Shown here one piece after another: positions 28,495-38,343 of a stretch of DNA of 64,000 nt. The stretch lies in contig DASCPX010000027.1 in the NCBI GenBank assembly GCA_036012755.1, forward strand, positions 192,001-256,000, written 5' to 3'. This stretch comes from Myxococcota bacterium (GTDB taxonomy: Bacteria > Myxococcota_A > UBA796 > CAJQPC01). The position numbers and the translations under genes were made by a program. How positions within the stretch are numbered: position 1 is the first letter of the stretch; each line of letters opens with the position of its first letter. The notes below the pieces were generated by a model. It saw only the letters and a program-made list of their open reading frames with translations. It was not told the DNA's origin and ran no database searches.

Positions 28495-28740
28495 ATGCGC
28501 AGCTACGATCCTTTCCGACTGGACTTCCGGCCCGAGCCAGAGCCTGTCCACGGCGAGATCCAGCCGGCCCTCCGCGTCGTCGAGGACGAGGACCTGTTGC
28601 ACGGTCCGCGCTTCCCCTTGTGGATTCGGGTCGGCGCAGTCCTCATGGCCCTGGGCTTCGCACTGTCGACGGCGCTCTCCGGTGGGTCTCCGGTGCTCAC
28701 GCACCCCGCCGTGCCTCAGGGGGAGCCCCTCACGCGTTGA
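28495..28740 (+). CDS. Small membrane hypothetical protein
   Basis: 81 aa ORF with one TM that fills the gap between genes. Confidence 0.45.
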   Translation: MRSYDPFRLDFRPEPEPVHGEIQPALRVVEDEDLLHGPRFPLWIRVGAVLMALGFALSTALSGGSPVLTHPAVPQGEPLTR

Positions 28741-29173
28741 ACCAGGACGGGACCGCCAGCTCGATCGGTCCGCGAATGCGCGCTTGACAGGCGAGTCGGT
28801 CGCCTCGGGCAACGGCGGCTGCGCCCAGCGCGACCTTCTCCCGGTCCTCCATCGGCGAGAGATGCGTCGTCTCTCCGCGGACGATGACCCTGCAGGTTCC
28901 GCAGGACGCACAGCCACCGCAAAAGTGGTCCAGTGAAACCCGGAGGGACCTGGCCGCCTCGAGGACGGTCGCCCCAACCACCGCCTGACCCCCGCCGCGC
29001 TCCCCGAAGTCGACCTCGACCAGATCGCCGTCGTTCCAGGGAAGAGGCGGGCCCAGCGCGACCTGGCGCAGCCTCGCGGCCAGCTGGCGCAGCGCTCTGT
29101 ACAGGACCGTTAGGCGACTTGCGGCGATCAGCCACCCCCTTCCGGGGCGGTAACTCGCCCATGGACTCGGCAT
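28730..29173 (-). CDS. 2Fe-2S ferredoxin (adrenodoxin/ISC type)
   Basis: 'HFCGGCASCGTCRV...RLACQ'. Confidence 0.88.
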   Translation of the reverse strand: MPSPWASYRPGRGWLIAASRLTVLYRALRQLAARLRQVALGPPLPWNDGDLVEVDFGERGGGQAVVGATVLEAARSLRVSLDHFCGGCASCGTCRVIVRGETTHLSPMEDREKVALGAAAVARGDRLACQARIRGPIELAVPSWFNA

Positions 29174-29196
29174 AGCCCCCTCCCTGGAGCGAACCG

Positions 29197-29622
29197 ATGA
29201 CCAAGCTTGCCAACGCTGCCCTGGAGCTGTCCCGTCTGGACGACGTCATCCTCGTCGAGCTCACACTCGATGGCGACAACGCGGCCTTCGATGCTCTGTT
29301 CCATCGATACTCCGGGAGGGTCTACGCCATCGGCCTCGGGATGATGCGAAACGACGCCGAGGCCCATGATGTCGTGCAGGAGACCTTCCTCAACGCCTTC
29401 CGGAAGCTCCACACCTTCCGGAGGGAGAGTCCCTTCCGCGGATCGCTCTTCCGCATCGCCCACAACGCCGCCTTGATGCGCCTGCGCAGTCGCCGTCGCA
29501 GGCCAGAGGTGGCGCTGCAGGTCGACGAGGGCCATGCCCGGCCCCTGCCCGACCACAGACCCCTGGCGCTCGCTGGTCTCGAGACCCGGGAGCTGGGCCC
29601 CTACCTCGGCGGCGCGGTCTGA
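29197..29622 (+). pseudogene. Truncated ECF sigma factor (region 2 only)
   Basis: 'AFDALFHRY', 'DAEAHDVVQETFLNAFRKL' and 'FRIAHNAALMRLR'. The stop comes before any region 4. Confidence 0.65.
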
Positions 29623-29703
29623 CTCCAGGCCGTTGGATGAAACTCCGATGACACTGGGAGCGGTGGTGGCCAAGCCCATCGGCCACTACGATGAGGACGC
29701 CGC

Positions 29704-31194
29704 ATGCCACGCCCATCGCCTCGTGAGAACCCCTGGCCCCGGGCCCTCGGGGTCTCGCTGGTGGTGCACCTGGTGGTCCTGGCCATCCCGCTCTGGCCCG
29801 AGGCCGGGGCAAGCGACCAGGATGACATCGTGGAGCTCGTCGAGTACGGCCTCGTTGAGCTCACCGCAGACGGTGTCGCCGAGCTCGGCGAGGACGCAGC
29901 GCCAGAGGAACCAGACCCGGCGGCCGGCGCACCGACGGTCGATGAGGCGCTCCTGGCCTGGCTGCCCGAGCCCCCGGAGGAGGTCGAGCCGCCAGCGCCC
30001 GAGCAGCCGGCCGAGCTCGAGCACGTCCAGTTCGACGAGACCTCCACCGAGAGCGACGTCGCCCCCGAGACCAACCGGATCGCGAGCAAGAACGTGCTGG
30101 CGGACCGTGACACTCGAGCGCTGACACCGGTCCTGGAGCGCGGGCCGACGGTGCCTGCCCAGCTCGGCGCACCGGGCAGCGTGGGCAGCGGGAGTCCGCA
30201 GAAGACCGTCGAGATGCAGACCGAGAGCGGGAGGAAGCTGGCCTCCGACGCCGAGGCCGTCGCGAGGAAGCGAGCAGCCCGCGAGAGCTCCGACGAGGTC
30301 AGCGACGGTGAGCGGGGCGCCGCCACCGCCGCGGGCGCAAGGAGCCTCGCGGAACGGGACGGCGGCCGCGAGGCGAAGGACCTGGAAGGGCGGGGCGCGC
30401 GCCCGGAGAGCCATCAGAGCGCTGGTCGGAATGCGGCCAGGGTCCTCGGCCAGGTGGAGAGCGCTCCGCTGGCCATCGATGGTTGGGAGCCTCACGCCGT
30501 CCGCGTCGAGCCCAGTCTCGGCCAGCCCGCGCCCTCGGCAGAAGCATCCGAGATCGAGACGGAGGACCGCGAGGATGACGACGCGGTCATGCAGGCCCGA
30601 GCAGAGCGCCGAGTTCGGGAGACCGGCGACGACGGTGAGGTCGAGCTGCGCACCCCCCAGCCGGTGGACCACGAAGAGGACGCCCCGGCGGTCGCGGACC
30701 TCGACGACCAGGGCGAGGACCTCGAGGAGGCGGACCGGGCCTGGGGTGGGGAGCAGGTCCAGGAGCGCAGCGTCGAGTCTGGCGCGACGGGCAGCACCGC
30801 CCTGACCGGAAGGACCGCGACCACCTCGCCGCTGGTCCTCGAGCGCACGGTCGACGATGGACCCGTCACCCAGGCGGAGGCGATGCTCCACCCACACGCG
30901 CACTACATGGACGAGGTCCGAACGGGCATCGAAGAGCGCTGGCGCGAGCTGACACCGCTCGAGGTCAGGGCGATGGGTCTGCAGGGAACGGCGGTCGTCG
31001 TCCTGGAGATCGATGGACGAGGCAGGGTGGTGACGAAGACGCTGACCAAGCGGAGCGGCCACAGCGAGCTCGACCAGCTGGCGCTCGCTTCCGTGCCGAC
31101 GCGGGTCAAGCGCCCCCCGGAGGGAGCAGCCGACCCGACCTTCGTCTACGAGATGCGGTTCATCCACACGGATCGCTGGGCAAGCGCGAACTGA
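29704..31194 (+). CDS. TonB C-terminal domain protein with long acidic linker
   Basis: 'SLVVHL' TM (SxxxH) and C-terminal 'VLEIDGRGRV...SGHSELDQLAL'. Confidence 0.8.
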   Translation: MPRPSPRENPWPRALGVSLVVHLVVLAIPLWPEAGASDQDDIVELVEYGLVELTADGVAELGEDAAPEEPDPAAGAPTVDEALLAWLPEPPEEVEPPAPEQPAELEHVQFDETSTESDVAPETNRIASKNVLADRDTRALTPVLERGPTVPAQLGAPGSVGSGSPQKTVEMQTESGRKLASDAEAVARKRAARESSDEVSDGERGAATAAGARSLAERDGGREAKDLEGRGARPESHQSAGRNAARVLGQVESAPLAIDGWEPHAVRVEPSLGQPAPSAEASEIETEDREDDDAVMQARAERRVRETGDDGEVELRTPQPVDHEEDAPAVADLDDQGEDLEEADRAWGGEQVQERSVESGATGSTALTGRTATTSPLVLERTVDDGPVTQAEAMLHPHAHYMDEVRTGIEERWRELTPLEVRAMGLQGTAVVVLEIDGRGRVVTKTLTKRSGHSELDQLALASVPTRVKRPPEGAADPTFVYEMRFIHTDRWASAN

Positions 31195-31213
31195 AGGGCG
31201 ATACTGAGGGCTG

Positions 31214-32248
31214 GTGCACCCGATGAGCGACCGCTCCCGCCGCAAACGCCGCGAAGCGTGGGTCGCGCGCCTCGTCACCTGGGGTGCGATCTCACTCTTC
31301 CTCCACGTGCTCGTCCTGGGCGCGCTCGGACCGCTCTGGCCGTACATCTCGGAGCCGCCACAGCTGGAGTCATTCCAGCCTGACTCCCTGGTCTTCCTGG
31401 AGCCCTTCGAGGAGCCGGACGAGGAGCCAGAGGAGCCCGAGTACAGCGGGCAGATCGTCGAGGTCGCAGAGCCCGTCGACAAAGAGAAGCCAGTGGACTC
31501 CGACTTCCTGGCCGAGTTCGACCGCACGGTGCCGGATCAGACGCGGGTCGAGAAGTTCCGCGTCGACCGAGATGTCGTCAGCGACGTCTTCTCCCGCGAG
31601 GACCGGATCGAGGCCGAGGAGCTCGAGGATCTCAACGTCACAGAGGACAGCACCGGGGCCCAGGTCGGCAACGACCACTTCGACCCGGATCGCAACGGGG
31701 CGCTCGCGTCGCTGCCGTCGCCTTTCGCCCTCACCAACAAGGACGGCCTCCAGAAGCCGGTTCCGGCCTCGCACCGCACCGAGTTCCTGGCGGGATCTCC
31801 CAGCAATGACTTGCTGGACGTCGAGCTGGGCGAGGCGGTCGCCCTCAACACCAAGGAGTTCCTGTACGCGAGCTACATCAACCAGATCAAGCAGCTCGTC
31901 TCCTTCTACTACCAGCAGAACCTCGACAACCTGCCTCGCGGAACCGTGCTCTCGAAGAGCCAGTACACGACCGTCGTCGACGTCACCCTCAGCAGCGCCG
32001 GGACCCTCGACGGCATCCTGATCAGCGACGAGTCGGGGAGCCCGCCGATCGACAACTGCCTCGTCGATGCCTTCAAGATCGCGGGCCCCTTCCCTCCCCC
32101 GCCCGATGGGCTCGTCGACGACGACGGTCGCGCGCGGTTGCCTCACTTCTCGATGACCTTGCAGGTCACGCAGGCCCAGGCCCAGTACGAGGGCATCGAC
32201 CCGCGCTCCGGGGTGCAGTTCCCCGGCATCCTGAAGGCCCCCAGGTAG
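31214..32248 (+). CDS. TonB family energy transducer-like protein
   Basis: 'SLFLHV' TM and 'SGSPPIDNCLVDAFKIAGPFPPPP'. Confidence 0.8.
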   Translation: MHPMSDRSRRKRREAWVARLVTWGAISLFLHVLVLGALGPLWPYISEPPQLESFQPDSLVFLEPFEEPDEEPEEPEYSGQIVEVAEPVDKEKPVDSDFLAEFDRTVPDQTRVEKFRVDRDVVSDVFSREDRIEAEELEDLNVTEDSTGAQVGNDHFDPDRNGALASLPSPFALTNKDGLQKPVPASHRTEFLAGSPSNDLLDVELGEAVALNTKEFLYASYINQIKQLVSFYYQQNLDNLPRGTVLSKSQYTTVVDVTLSSAGTLDGILISDESGSPPIDNCLVDAFKIAGPFPPPPDGLVDDDGRARLPHFSMTLQVTQAQAQYEGIDPRSGVQFPGILKAPR

Positions 32249-32250
32249 GC

Positions 32251-33126
32251 CTACTCGGCAACCTTGGACAAGGCAAAGGCCCGCGGCGCGTCGAGGAAGC
32301 CGAGCCCGAAGCCCTCCGAGAGGAAGACCATCTGGCCCTGCTCGAGGGACTCCCAGCGGTCCTCGTCCCCGATCCGCTCGCTGCTCACGATGAGGTGGTT
32401 GACGCACTTTCCCTGGGGGCGGACCGCTTCCATGCAGACCTTCTCCGCCGTGCAGGTCTCGATGTCGGTGCAGCGGATCTTCTGGGTTGCGAGGAACAGC
32501 TCCTTGCCGGCGCGCTGAGCGAAGAGGACGTCCCCGTTGGTGAGGATGAAGTTGACGATGGGGTGGTCCTCTGCGGCGACGGCGAGCGAGCGCTCGAAGA
32601 TGTCGTTGAGGGCCTCGCGCAGGACAGCAGCAGCAGCTACGACATCCTCGAGAGGCTCGTGGCCATAGGGATCCACCCCCGCTCCCTCCAGCGCAGAGAG
32701 GAAGTAGTGGAAGAGGTGCTCGCTGTCGGTCGTTCCGAGGATGAGCTGCCGTCGTTGTTCTGGGATCCCACTGAGCATCCAGTCCCGCATGCGATCGAAG
32801 CTGAAGACCGTGCCGTTGTGGGCGAAGACCCAGCGCCCGTACCTGAAGGGATGCGAGTTCAGGTAGTCGGTGCCACCCACGGTGGCCCGGCGGACGTGGA
32901 CGACGAAGGTGTGGGAGCGCAGGCGGGAGCTCGCGAGGCGGAAGCGGTCACAGGTGTGGGCGGCGTCCGCGGACTTCAAGATGTAGGCGTCCCGCCCGAC
33001 GAAGTAGCCGATGCCCCAGCCGTGCGGATGCCCGCTGGCTTGAGCCGCCATTGCGTTGTCGGCCTCGACGAGGGAGCGGTGAGCCCTGGAGGCGACGGCG
33101 CTGCGGAAGCCAAAGAGCCTGCACAT
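32251..33126 (-). CDS. Class II glutamine amidotransferase (YafJ/EgtC-like)
   Basis: N-terminal 'MCRLFG', 'HPHGWGIG', 'HVRRAT', 'NSHPF', 'FAHNG' and 'GTTDSE'. Confidence 0.92.
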   Translation of the reverse strand: MCRLFGFRSAVASRAHRSLVEADNAMAAQASGHPHGWGIGYFVGRDAYILKSADAAHTCDRFRLASSRLRSHTFVVHVRRATVGGTDYLNSHPFRYGRWVFAHNGTVFSFDRMRDWMLSGIPEQRRQLILGTTDSEHLFHYFLSALEGAGVDPYGHEPLEDVVAAAAVLREALNDIFERSLAVAAEDHPIVNFILTNGDVLFAQRAGKELFLATQKIRCTDIETCTAEKVCMEAVRPQGKCVNHLIVSSERIGDEDRWESLEQGQMVFLSEGFGLGFLDAPRAFALSKVAE

Positions 33127-33177
33127 CGGGTTAAGTGAACCACACGTTCTCGCTGCGGAAGGCGGCACGGAGGCAGA

Positions 33178-33582
33178 TTGGCGAACCTCGGCCTGACGGA
33201 GATGCTGGTCATCTTCATCCTGGTCGTCGTCTTCGTCGGCCCGGACGACCTCCCCGAGCTCATGAAGTTCCTTGGCCGGGCCTACGGCAAGATCCGACGA
33301 GCGAGCAACGAGCTCCGACGCGCCTTCACGCTCGAGGTCGACAAGGTCGAGGCGGAGGGCCGCGCCGCGGAGATTCGGAAACGGCGCGAGGCCCTGGTCG
33401 CCCGCCGGCGTGAGGAGACCGCCAGCCGCAAGGCCGCCGAAGAGTCCGGCGAGTCCCTCGAACCCGAGCCCGTTCCCAAGCCCGCGCCGGAGTCGGAGCC
33501 GAAGTCGGAACCGGCGCCCGAGACACCCGAGCACACGGCCACCGCGGAAGAGGCGCTCGAGGAGACGAAGGCAGAGGCATGA
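33178..33582 (+). CDS. tatB: Sec-independent translocase TatB
   Basis: '[25 protein letters not shown]', directly upstream of tatC. Confidence 0.88.
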   Translation: MANLGLTEMLVIFILVVVFVGPDDLPELMKFLGRAYGKIRRASNELRRAFTLEVDKVEAEGRAAEIRKRREALVARRREETASRKAAEESGESLEPEPVPKPAPESEPKSEPAPETPEHTATAEEALEETKAEA

Positions 33583-34379
33583 GCAACACGCGCGAGGCCT
33601 TCCCCAAGGCACAGGAGCCGAAACCGCCCGAGGAGCTCCGGATGAGCATCCTGGACCACCTCCGAGAGCTGCGGAAGCGGCTCATCGTCGTGCTGTGGAC
33701 TGCAGGCATCTGCATCGTCGGCTGCTTCGTCTTCGCCATGGACATCTTCAACTGGCTCGTGGCCCCGATGAACCGCGCGCTGGTCGCCCACGGCGAAGGC
33801 ACGATGGCGATCACAGACCCGACCGAGGGCATCATCACCTACCTGAAGGTGGCGCTGCTGGCGGGACTGGTCATCGCGAGCCCGGTCATCTTCTACCAGC
33901 TCTGGGCCTTCGTCGCGCCAGGGCTCTACGCGCGGGAGAAGAAGACCGTCATCCCGCTGGTCGTGGCCTCCACGCTGCTCTTCCTGATCGGGGCCAGCTT
34001 CGGCTACTTCGTCATCTTCCAGTACGGCTTCGAGTTCTTCCTCTCTGTCATCGACCCCGCCGAGACCGCAGCCGTCCTGTCGATCAACAGCTACCTCGTC
34101 ACGGCGACCAAGCTCCTGGCGGCCTTTGGCCTGTCCTTCCAGCTCCCCGTCGTCGTCTTCTTCCTCGCCCGCATCGGCCTCATCGACGCTCGCGACATGG
34201 TCAAGTACTTCCGCTACGCCATCGTCGCGATCTTCGTCATCGCGGCCGTCATCACGCCACCAGACCCCCTGACCCAGACCTTGATGGCCGGGCCGCTGGT
34301 CGTGCTCTACGGCGTCAGCATCCTCATCGCCTGGGCGGTCAGCACGAAGGAGCGGCTCCCAGAGGGCGAGGAGTCATGA
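33579..34379 (+). CDS. tatC: Sec-independent translocase TatC
   Basis: 'HLRELRKRL', '[12 protein letters not shown]', 'FQLP' and 'ITPPDP'. Confidence 0.96.
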   Translation: MSNTREAFPKAQEPKPPEELRMSILDHLRELRKRLIVVLWTAGICIVGCFVFAMDIFNWLVAPMNRALVAHGEGTMAITDPTEGIITYLKVALLAGLVIASPVIFYQLWAFVAPGLYAREKKTVIPLVVASTLLFLIGASFGYFVIFQYGFEFFLSVIDPAETAAVLSINSYLVTATKLLAAFGLSFQLPVVVFFLARIGLIDARDMVKYFRYAIVAIFVIAAVITPPDPLTQTLMAGPLVVLYGVSILIAWAVSTKERLPEGEES

Positions 34380-36943
34380 GAGCGCTCTACACCGACTCGC
34401 CGGCGCCGATCCGGCTGGAGATGCCCACGGAGCTGGATGTCCGCCTCGGGGGGCCCTTGCCCCGGGCCGACCTCGAGCTCGCGCGGCTCGCCACGGGCGA
34501 GGTCCAGGTCGGCCTCGGCGCAGAGGTCCTCGCGAACATCGCGTTGCTCCGAGCCATCCGCCTGGTCACCCAGGGCCACGTTCGCATCGTGGCGGGCGCC
34601 GCGGACGACCTCTTCTGTGACGACGCCTCGCAGAACGTGCTGCGGTCCACCGCAGTCGCAGTGTCCGCCTGTCTCGGCGGCGCCGACGCGCTCGTCATGA
34701 CACCGCACGAAGACAGTGATCACGGTCGGCGGCTCGCCCTCAACATCCCGCGTGTCCTGCTCCAGGAGGCCTCGCTGCGCCGGGTCGCCGATCCAGCCGC
34801 CGGCAGCTGGGCCATCGACTCCCTGACCGCCGAGCTCGTCGATGTCGCAGCGCCGCCGCTGCACCCCCACCCGGGCGAGTCGCAGACCGCGGAGGGCATC
34901 GGCATCCGGTCCAGCTACGGCCCAGAAGACCTCGACGGGGTCGAACTCCACCGCGAGCCTGGGGTGACCCCGTACGTGCGCGGGCCATACGCGTCGATGT
35001 ACACGGGCCGCCCCTGGACGGTGCGCCAGTACGCCGGTTTCTCGACCGCCGAGGAGTCCAACGCCTTCTACCGGCGGAACCTCGCCGCTGGTCAGAAGGG
35101 CCTGTCGATCGCCTTCGATCTGCCTACGCACCGCGGCTATGACTCGGACCACCCCCGCGTCGGCGGAGACGTCGGCATGGCCGGAGTCGCGGTCGACTCG
35201 ATCCTCGACATGCGGGTCCTGTTCGACGGCATCCCGCTCGATGGCATGAGCGTGTCGATGACGATGAACGGCGCCGTGCTGCCCATCATGGCCCTCTACA
35301 TCGTCGCTGGCGAGGAGCAGGGGGTGCCCGCAGAGGAGCTCTCCGGGACCATCCAGAATGACGTCCTCAAGGAGTTCATGGTCCGGAACACCTACATCTA
35401 CCCGCCGGCTCCGAGCATGCGCATCGTGAGCGACATCTTCGCCTTCACCTCGGAGAGGATGCCGAGGTTCAACAGCATCTCGGTGAGCGGCTACCACATG
35501 CAGGAGGCCGGAGCGTCCGCCGATCTGGAGCTCGCCTACACGCTGGCCGATGGCATCGAGTACGTACGCTCAGGTGTCGCCGCGGGTCTCGACGTCGACG
35601 CCTTCGCGCCACGAATCAGCTTCTTCTTCGGCATCGGCATGGACTTCTTCATGGAGATCGCGAAGCTGCGGGCCGCCCGCTTGCTCTGGGCCGAGCTCAT
35701 GGAGGAGTTCGAGCCCGACGACCCCAAGTCCAGCATGATGCGGACCCACTGCCAGACGAGCGGCTGGAGCCTCACCGCACAAGACGTCTGGAACAACGTC
35801 GCGCGGACCTGCGTCGAGGCCATGGCGGCTACCTACGGCGGCACCCAGAGCCTCCACACCAACGCGCTGGACGAGGCCCTCGCGCTGCCCACCGACGCCT
35901 CCGCACGCATCGCCCGCGACACCCAGCTCTTCCTCCAGACCGAGGCCGACACCTGCCGGACTATCGACCCTTGGGGGGGCAGCTTCTACGTGGAGCGACT
36001 GACCCACGAGCTGGCTGGGCGCGCCCGGGATCACCTGCGCGAGATCGACGAGCTGGGCGGCATGGCGGCGGCCATCGCCAAGGGCATCCCCAAGCTGCGC
36101 ATCGAGGAAGCCAGCGCCCGGACCCAGGCTCGCATCGACAGCGGAGACAAGGCCGTCATCGGGGTGAACTGCCACCGGCCAGCGACGGACGAGGCGATCG
36201 AAGTCCTCAAGGTCGACAACGTGGCCGTGCTCGCGGCGCAGAAGGCGCGGCTGGCCGCCCTCCGAGCCGATCGGGACGACGAGGCCGTCCTGGACGCCCT
36301 CGCTGCACTGTCCGAGGCCGCGGTGACCGGAGGGGGAAACCTGCTGTCGCTGTCGGTGCAAGCGGCCCGGGCGCGGTGTACGGTCGGAGAGATCTCCGAT
36401 GCGCTGGAGCAGGCCTGGGGGCGTCACCGGGCCGAGACCCTCACGGTTCGCGGCGTCTATCGGGGAACCCTGCAGGAGGCCGGCGCCGACATGGACCAAC
36501 TCCACAGCGCGATCGACCGCTTCGAGGCCAGCGAGGGCCGGAGGCCCAGGATCCTCCTCGCCAAGATGGGGCAGGACGGACACGACCGCGGCCAGAAGGT
36601 CATCGCCACTGCCTTCGCGGACGCTGGCTTCGACGTAGACGTCGGGCCGCTCTTCCAGACCCCAAAGGAGACCGCGAGGCAGGCTGTGGAGAACGACGTG
36701 CACGTCGTCGGCGTGTCCTCGCTGGCTGCGGGGCATCTCACGCTGGTCCCCGCTCTCGTCGCCGCGCTCCGCGCGGAGGGCCGCCCCGATGTGTTGGTCG
36801 TGGTGGGCGGTGTCATCCCCCCACAGGACTTCCAGGAGCTCCGCGCCGCCGGCGCCGCGGCGATCTACCCGCCGGGTACCGAGATCCGCGGCGCCGCGAC
36901 CGAGCTGGTGAGCCTCTTGTCCGCGCACCTGGGCCACGGGTGA
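34376..36943 (+). CDS. scpA: Methylmalonyl-CoA mutase with fused N-terminal small-subunit remnant
   Basis: ATGA overlap with tatC. 'RGPYASMY...WTVRQYAGF', 'QNDVLKEF' and B12 motif 'DGHDRG'. Confidence 0.92.
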   Translation: MRALYTDSPAPIRLEMPTELDVRLGGPLPRADLELARLATGEVQVGLGAEVLANIALLRAIRLVTQGHVRIVAGAADDLFCDDASQNVLRSTAVAVSACLGGADALVMTPHEDSDHGRRLALNIPRVLLQEASLRRVADPAAGSWAIDSLTAELVDVAAPPLHPHPGESQTAEGIGIRSSYGPEDLDGVELHREPGVTPYVRGPYASMYTGRPWTVRQYAGFSTAEESNAFYRRNLAAGQKGLSIAFDLPTHRGYDSDHPRVGGDVGMAGVAVDSILDMRVLFDGIPLDGMSVSMTMNGAVLPIMALYIVAGEEQGVPAEELSGTIQNDVLKEFMVRNTYIYPPAPSMRIVSDIFAFTSERMPRFNSISVSGYHMQEAGASADLELAYTLADGIEYVRSGVAAGLDVDAFAPRISFFFGIGMDFFMEIAKLRAARLLWAELMEEFEPDDPKSSMMRTHCQTSGWSLTAQDVWNNVARTCVEAMAATYGGTQSLHTNALDEALALPTDASARIARDTQLFLQTEADTCRTIDPWGGSFYVERLTHELAGRARDHLREIDELGGMAAAIAKGIPKLRIEEASARTQARIDSGDKAVIGVNCHRPATDEAIEVLKVDNVAVLAAQKARLAALRADRDDEAVLDALAALSEAAVTGGGNLLSLSVQAARARCTVGEISDALEQAWGRHRAETLTVRGVYRGTLQEAGADMDQLHSAIDRFEASEGRRPRILLAKMGQDGHDRGQKVIATAFADAGFDVDVGPLFQTPKETARQAVENDVHVVGVSSLAAGHLTLVPALVAALRAEGRPDVLVVVGGVIPPQDFQELRAAGAAAIYPPGTEIRGAATELVSLLSAHLGHG

Positions 36944-37845
36944 ACATCCAGACCCGAGGCGGCCTCGCCCGTGCCATCACCCTGATCGAGAGCGGTCGGG
37001 CCGATCATCGCGAGCAAGCACTGGCCCTGCTCGAGGCGCTCATGCCCCGCACGGGCGGCGCGATCCGCGTGGGCATCACGGGGGTGCCGGGGGTCGGCAA
37101 GTCCACCTTCGTCGAGGCCCTCGGCTGCGAGCTGGTCGCTCGAGGGCACAAGGTGGCGGTGCTCGCAGTGGACCCGTCGTCGGTGCGAAGCGGCGGCAGC
37201 ATCCTCGGCGACAAAACCCGCATGGAGCGCCTGGCGCAGCTCGACGGCGCCTTCATCCGGCCCTCCCCGACCGGGGGAACTCTCGGCGGCGTCGCAGCCC
37301 GTACCCGTGAGTCGCTGCTGCTCTGCGAGGCCGCCGGCTACGACGTGGTCCTCGTCGAGACCGTCGGCATCGGGCAGAGCGAGCTCTCGGTCGCCTCGAT
37401 GACGGACTTCTTCTGCGTGCTGATGCTCGCAGGTGCCGGGGACGAGCTCCAAGGCATCAAGCGCGGCCTGATGGAGCTGGCGGACGCGCTCGTCGTGCAC
37501 AAGGCAGACGGTGACAACCTCCTGGCGGCGAAGCGGGCAGCGGTCACGTACCGGAGCGCACTCCACCTGCTGCACGTCGGCTCACAGTGGGAACCCCGGG
37601 TCACCACGGCCTCGGCGCTGGAGGGCACCGGCATCGACGAGGTCTGGGAGATCGTGCTCGAACACCGAGCTGCCACGGATCTCGAGGCCAGGCGCAGGGA
37701 GCAGGCCCGCAGCTGGCTCTGGTCGATGGTCGACGAGGGGCTGCGCGCCCGGGTCCGGGCTCGCGAAGACGCCAACGAGATCGAGGCGGCGGTGGTCGCT
37801 GGTGAGCTGCCAGCCACCGTTGGGGCGCAGCGCCTCCTCGGCTGA
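36940..37845 (+). CDS. meaB: Methylmalonyl-CoA mutase-associated GTPase MeaB
   Basis: '[12 protein letters not shown]', 'AVDPSS...[11 protein letters not shown]' and 'ETVGIGQSE'. Confidence 0.95.
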   Translation: MNIQTRGGLARAITLIESGRADHREQALALLEALMPRTGGAIRVGITGVPGVGKSTFVEALGCELVARGHKVAVLAVDPSSVRSGGSILGDKTRMERLAQLDGAFIRPSPTGGTLGGVAARTRESLLLCEAAGYDVVLVETVGIGQSELSVASMTDFFCVLMLAGAGDELQGIKRGLMELADALVVHKADGDNLLAAKRAAVTYRSALHLLHVGSQWEPRVTTASALEGTGIDEVWEIVLEHRAATDLEARRREQARSWLWSMVDEGLRARVRAREDANEIEAAVVAGELPATVGAQRLLG

Positions 37846-37854
37846 ACCCCGGGC

Positions 37855-38343
37855 CTACTCGATCCGCAGGAGCGTGGCCCCGGTCTCCACCGCGTCGCCA
37901 GGGCTGACCAGGACCTCCGCGACGACGCCGTCGACGGGGGCATGGACCTCGTTCTCCATTTTCATGGCCTCGACGACGAGCACCGTGTCTCCGGTGCTCA
38001 CGATGTCCCCCACCGCCACCGAGACCGCGACGATGCGCCCTGGCATCGAGGTCGTGAGCGTGCCGTTGGCGGTGCCCCCGGAGAGCCGCAAGGCACTCTT
38101 CCGAGGGTCGACGACGGAGCAGGCGTGGTGGGTCCCGCGCAGGTCGACGTCCCAGCCGCCCTCCGAGCGCACGAGCCCGGCGTCGTGGCTCCGGCCCTCT
38201 ATGAGCAGGTGGAGCACCGCGCCGAGGCGCCGACCCTCCACCTGGCGAGGTGGATCCTGGTCGATCGCGACCAGCCAGCCCTCGCCCGAGCGCTCGATGT
38301 GGACCCGCCGGACGACACCACCGATGGTGATCTCGTAGGTCAT
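37855..38343 (-). CDS. Biotin carboxyl carrier protein of an acyl-CoA carboxylase
   Basis: 'EAMKMENE' biotinylation motif. Confidence 0.92.
   Translation of the reverse strand: MTYEITIGGVVRRVHIERSGEGWLVAIDQDPPRQVEGRRLGAVLHLLIEGRSHDAGLVRSEGGWDVDLRGTHHACSVVDPRKSALRLSGGTANGTLTTSMPGRIVAVSVAVGDIVSTGDTVLVVEAMKMENEVHAPVDGVVAEVLVSPGDAVETGATLLRIE

Noticed and set aside
33272..34375. N-terminal extension making a 1223-aa mutase ORF
   Set aside because: Off-frame Arg/Pro-rich read across tatB and tatC. The real start is the ATGA overlap at 34376.
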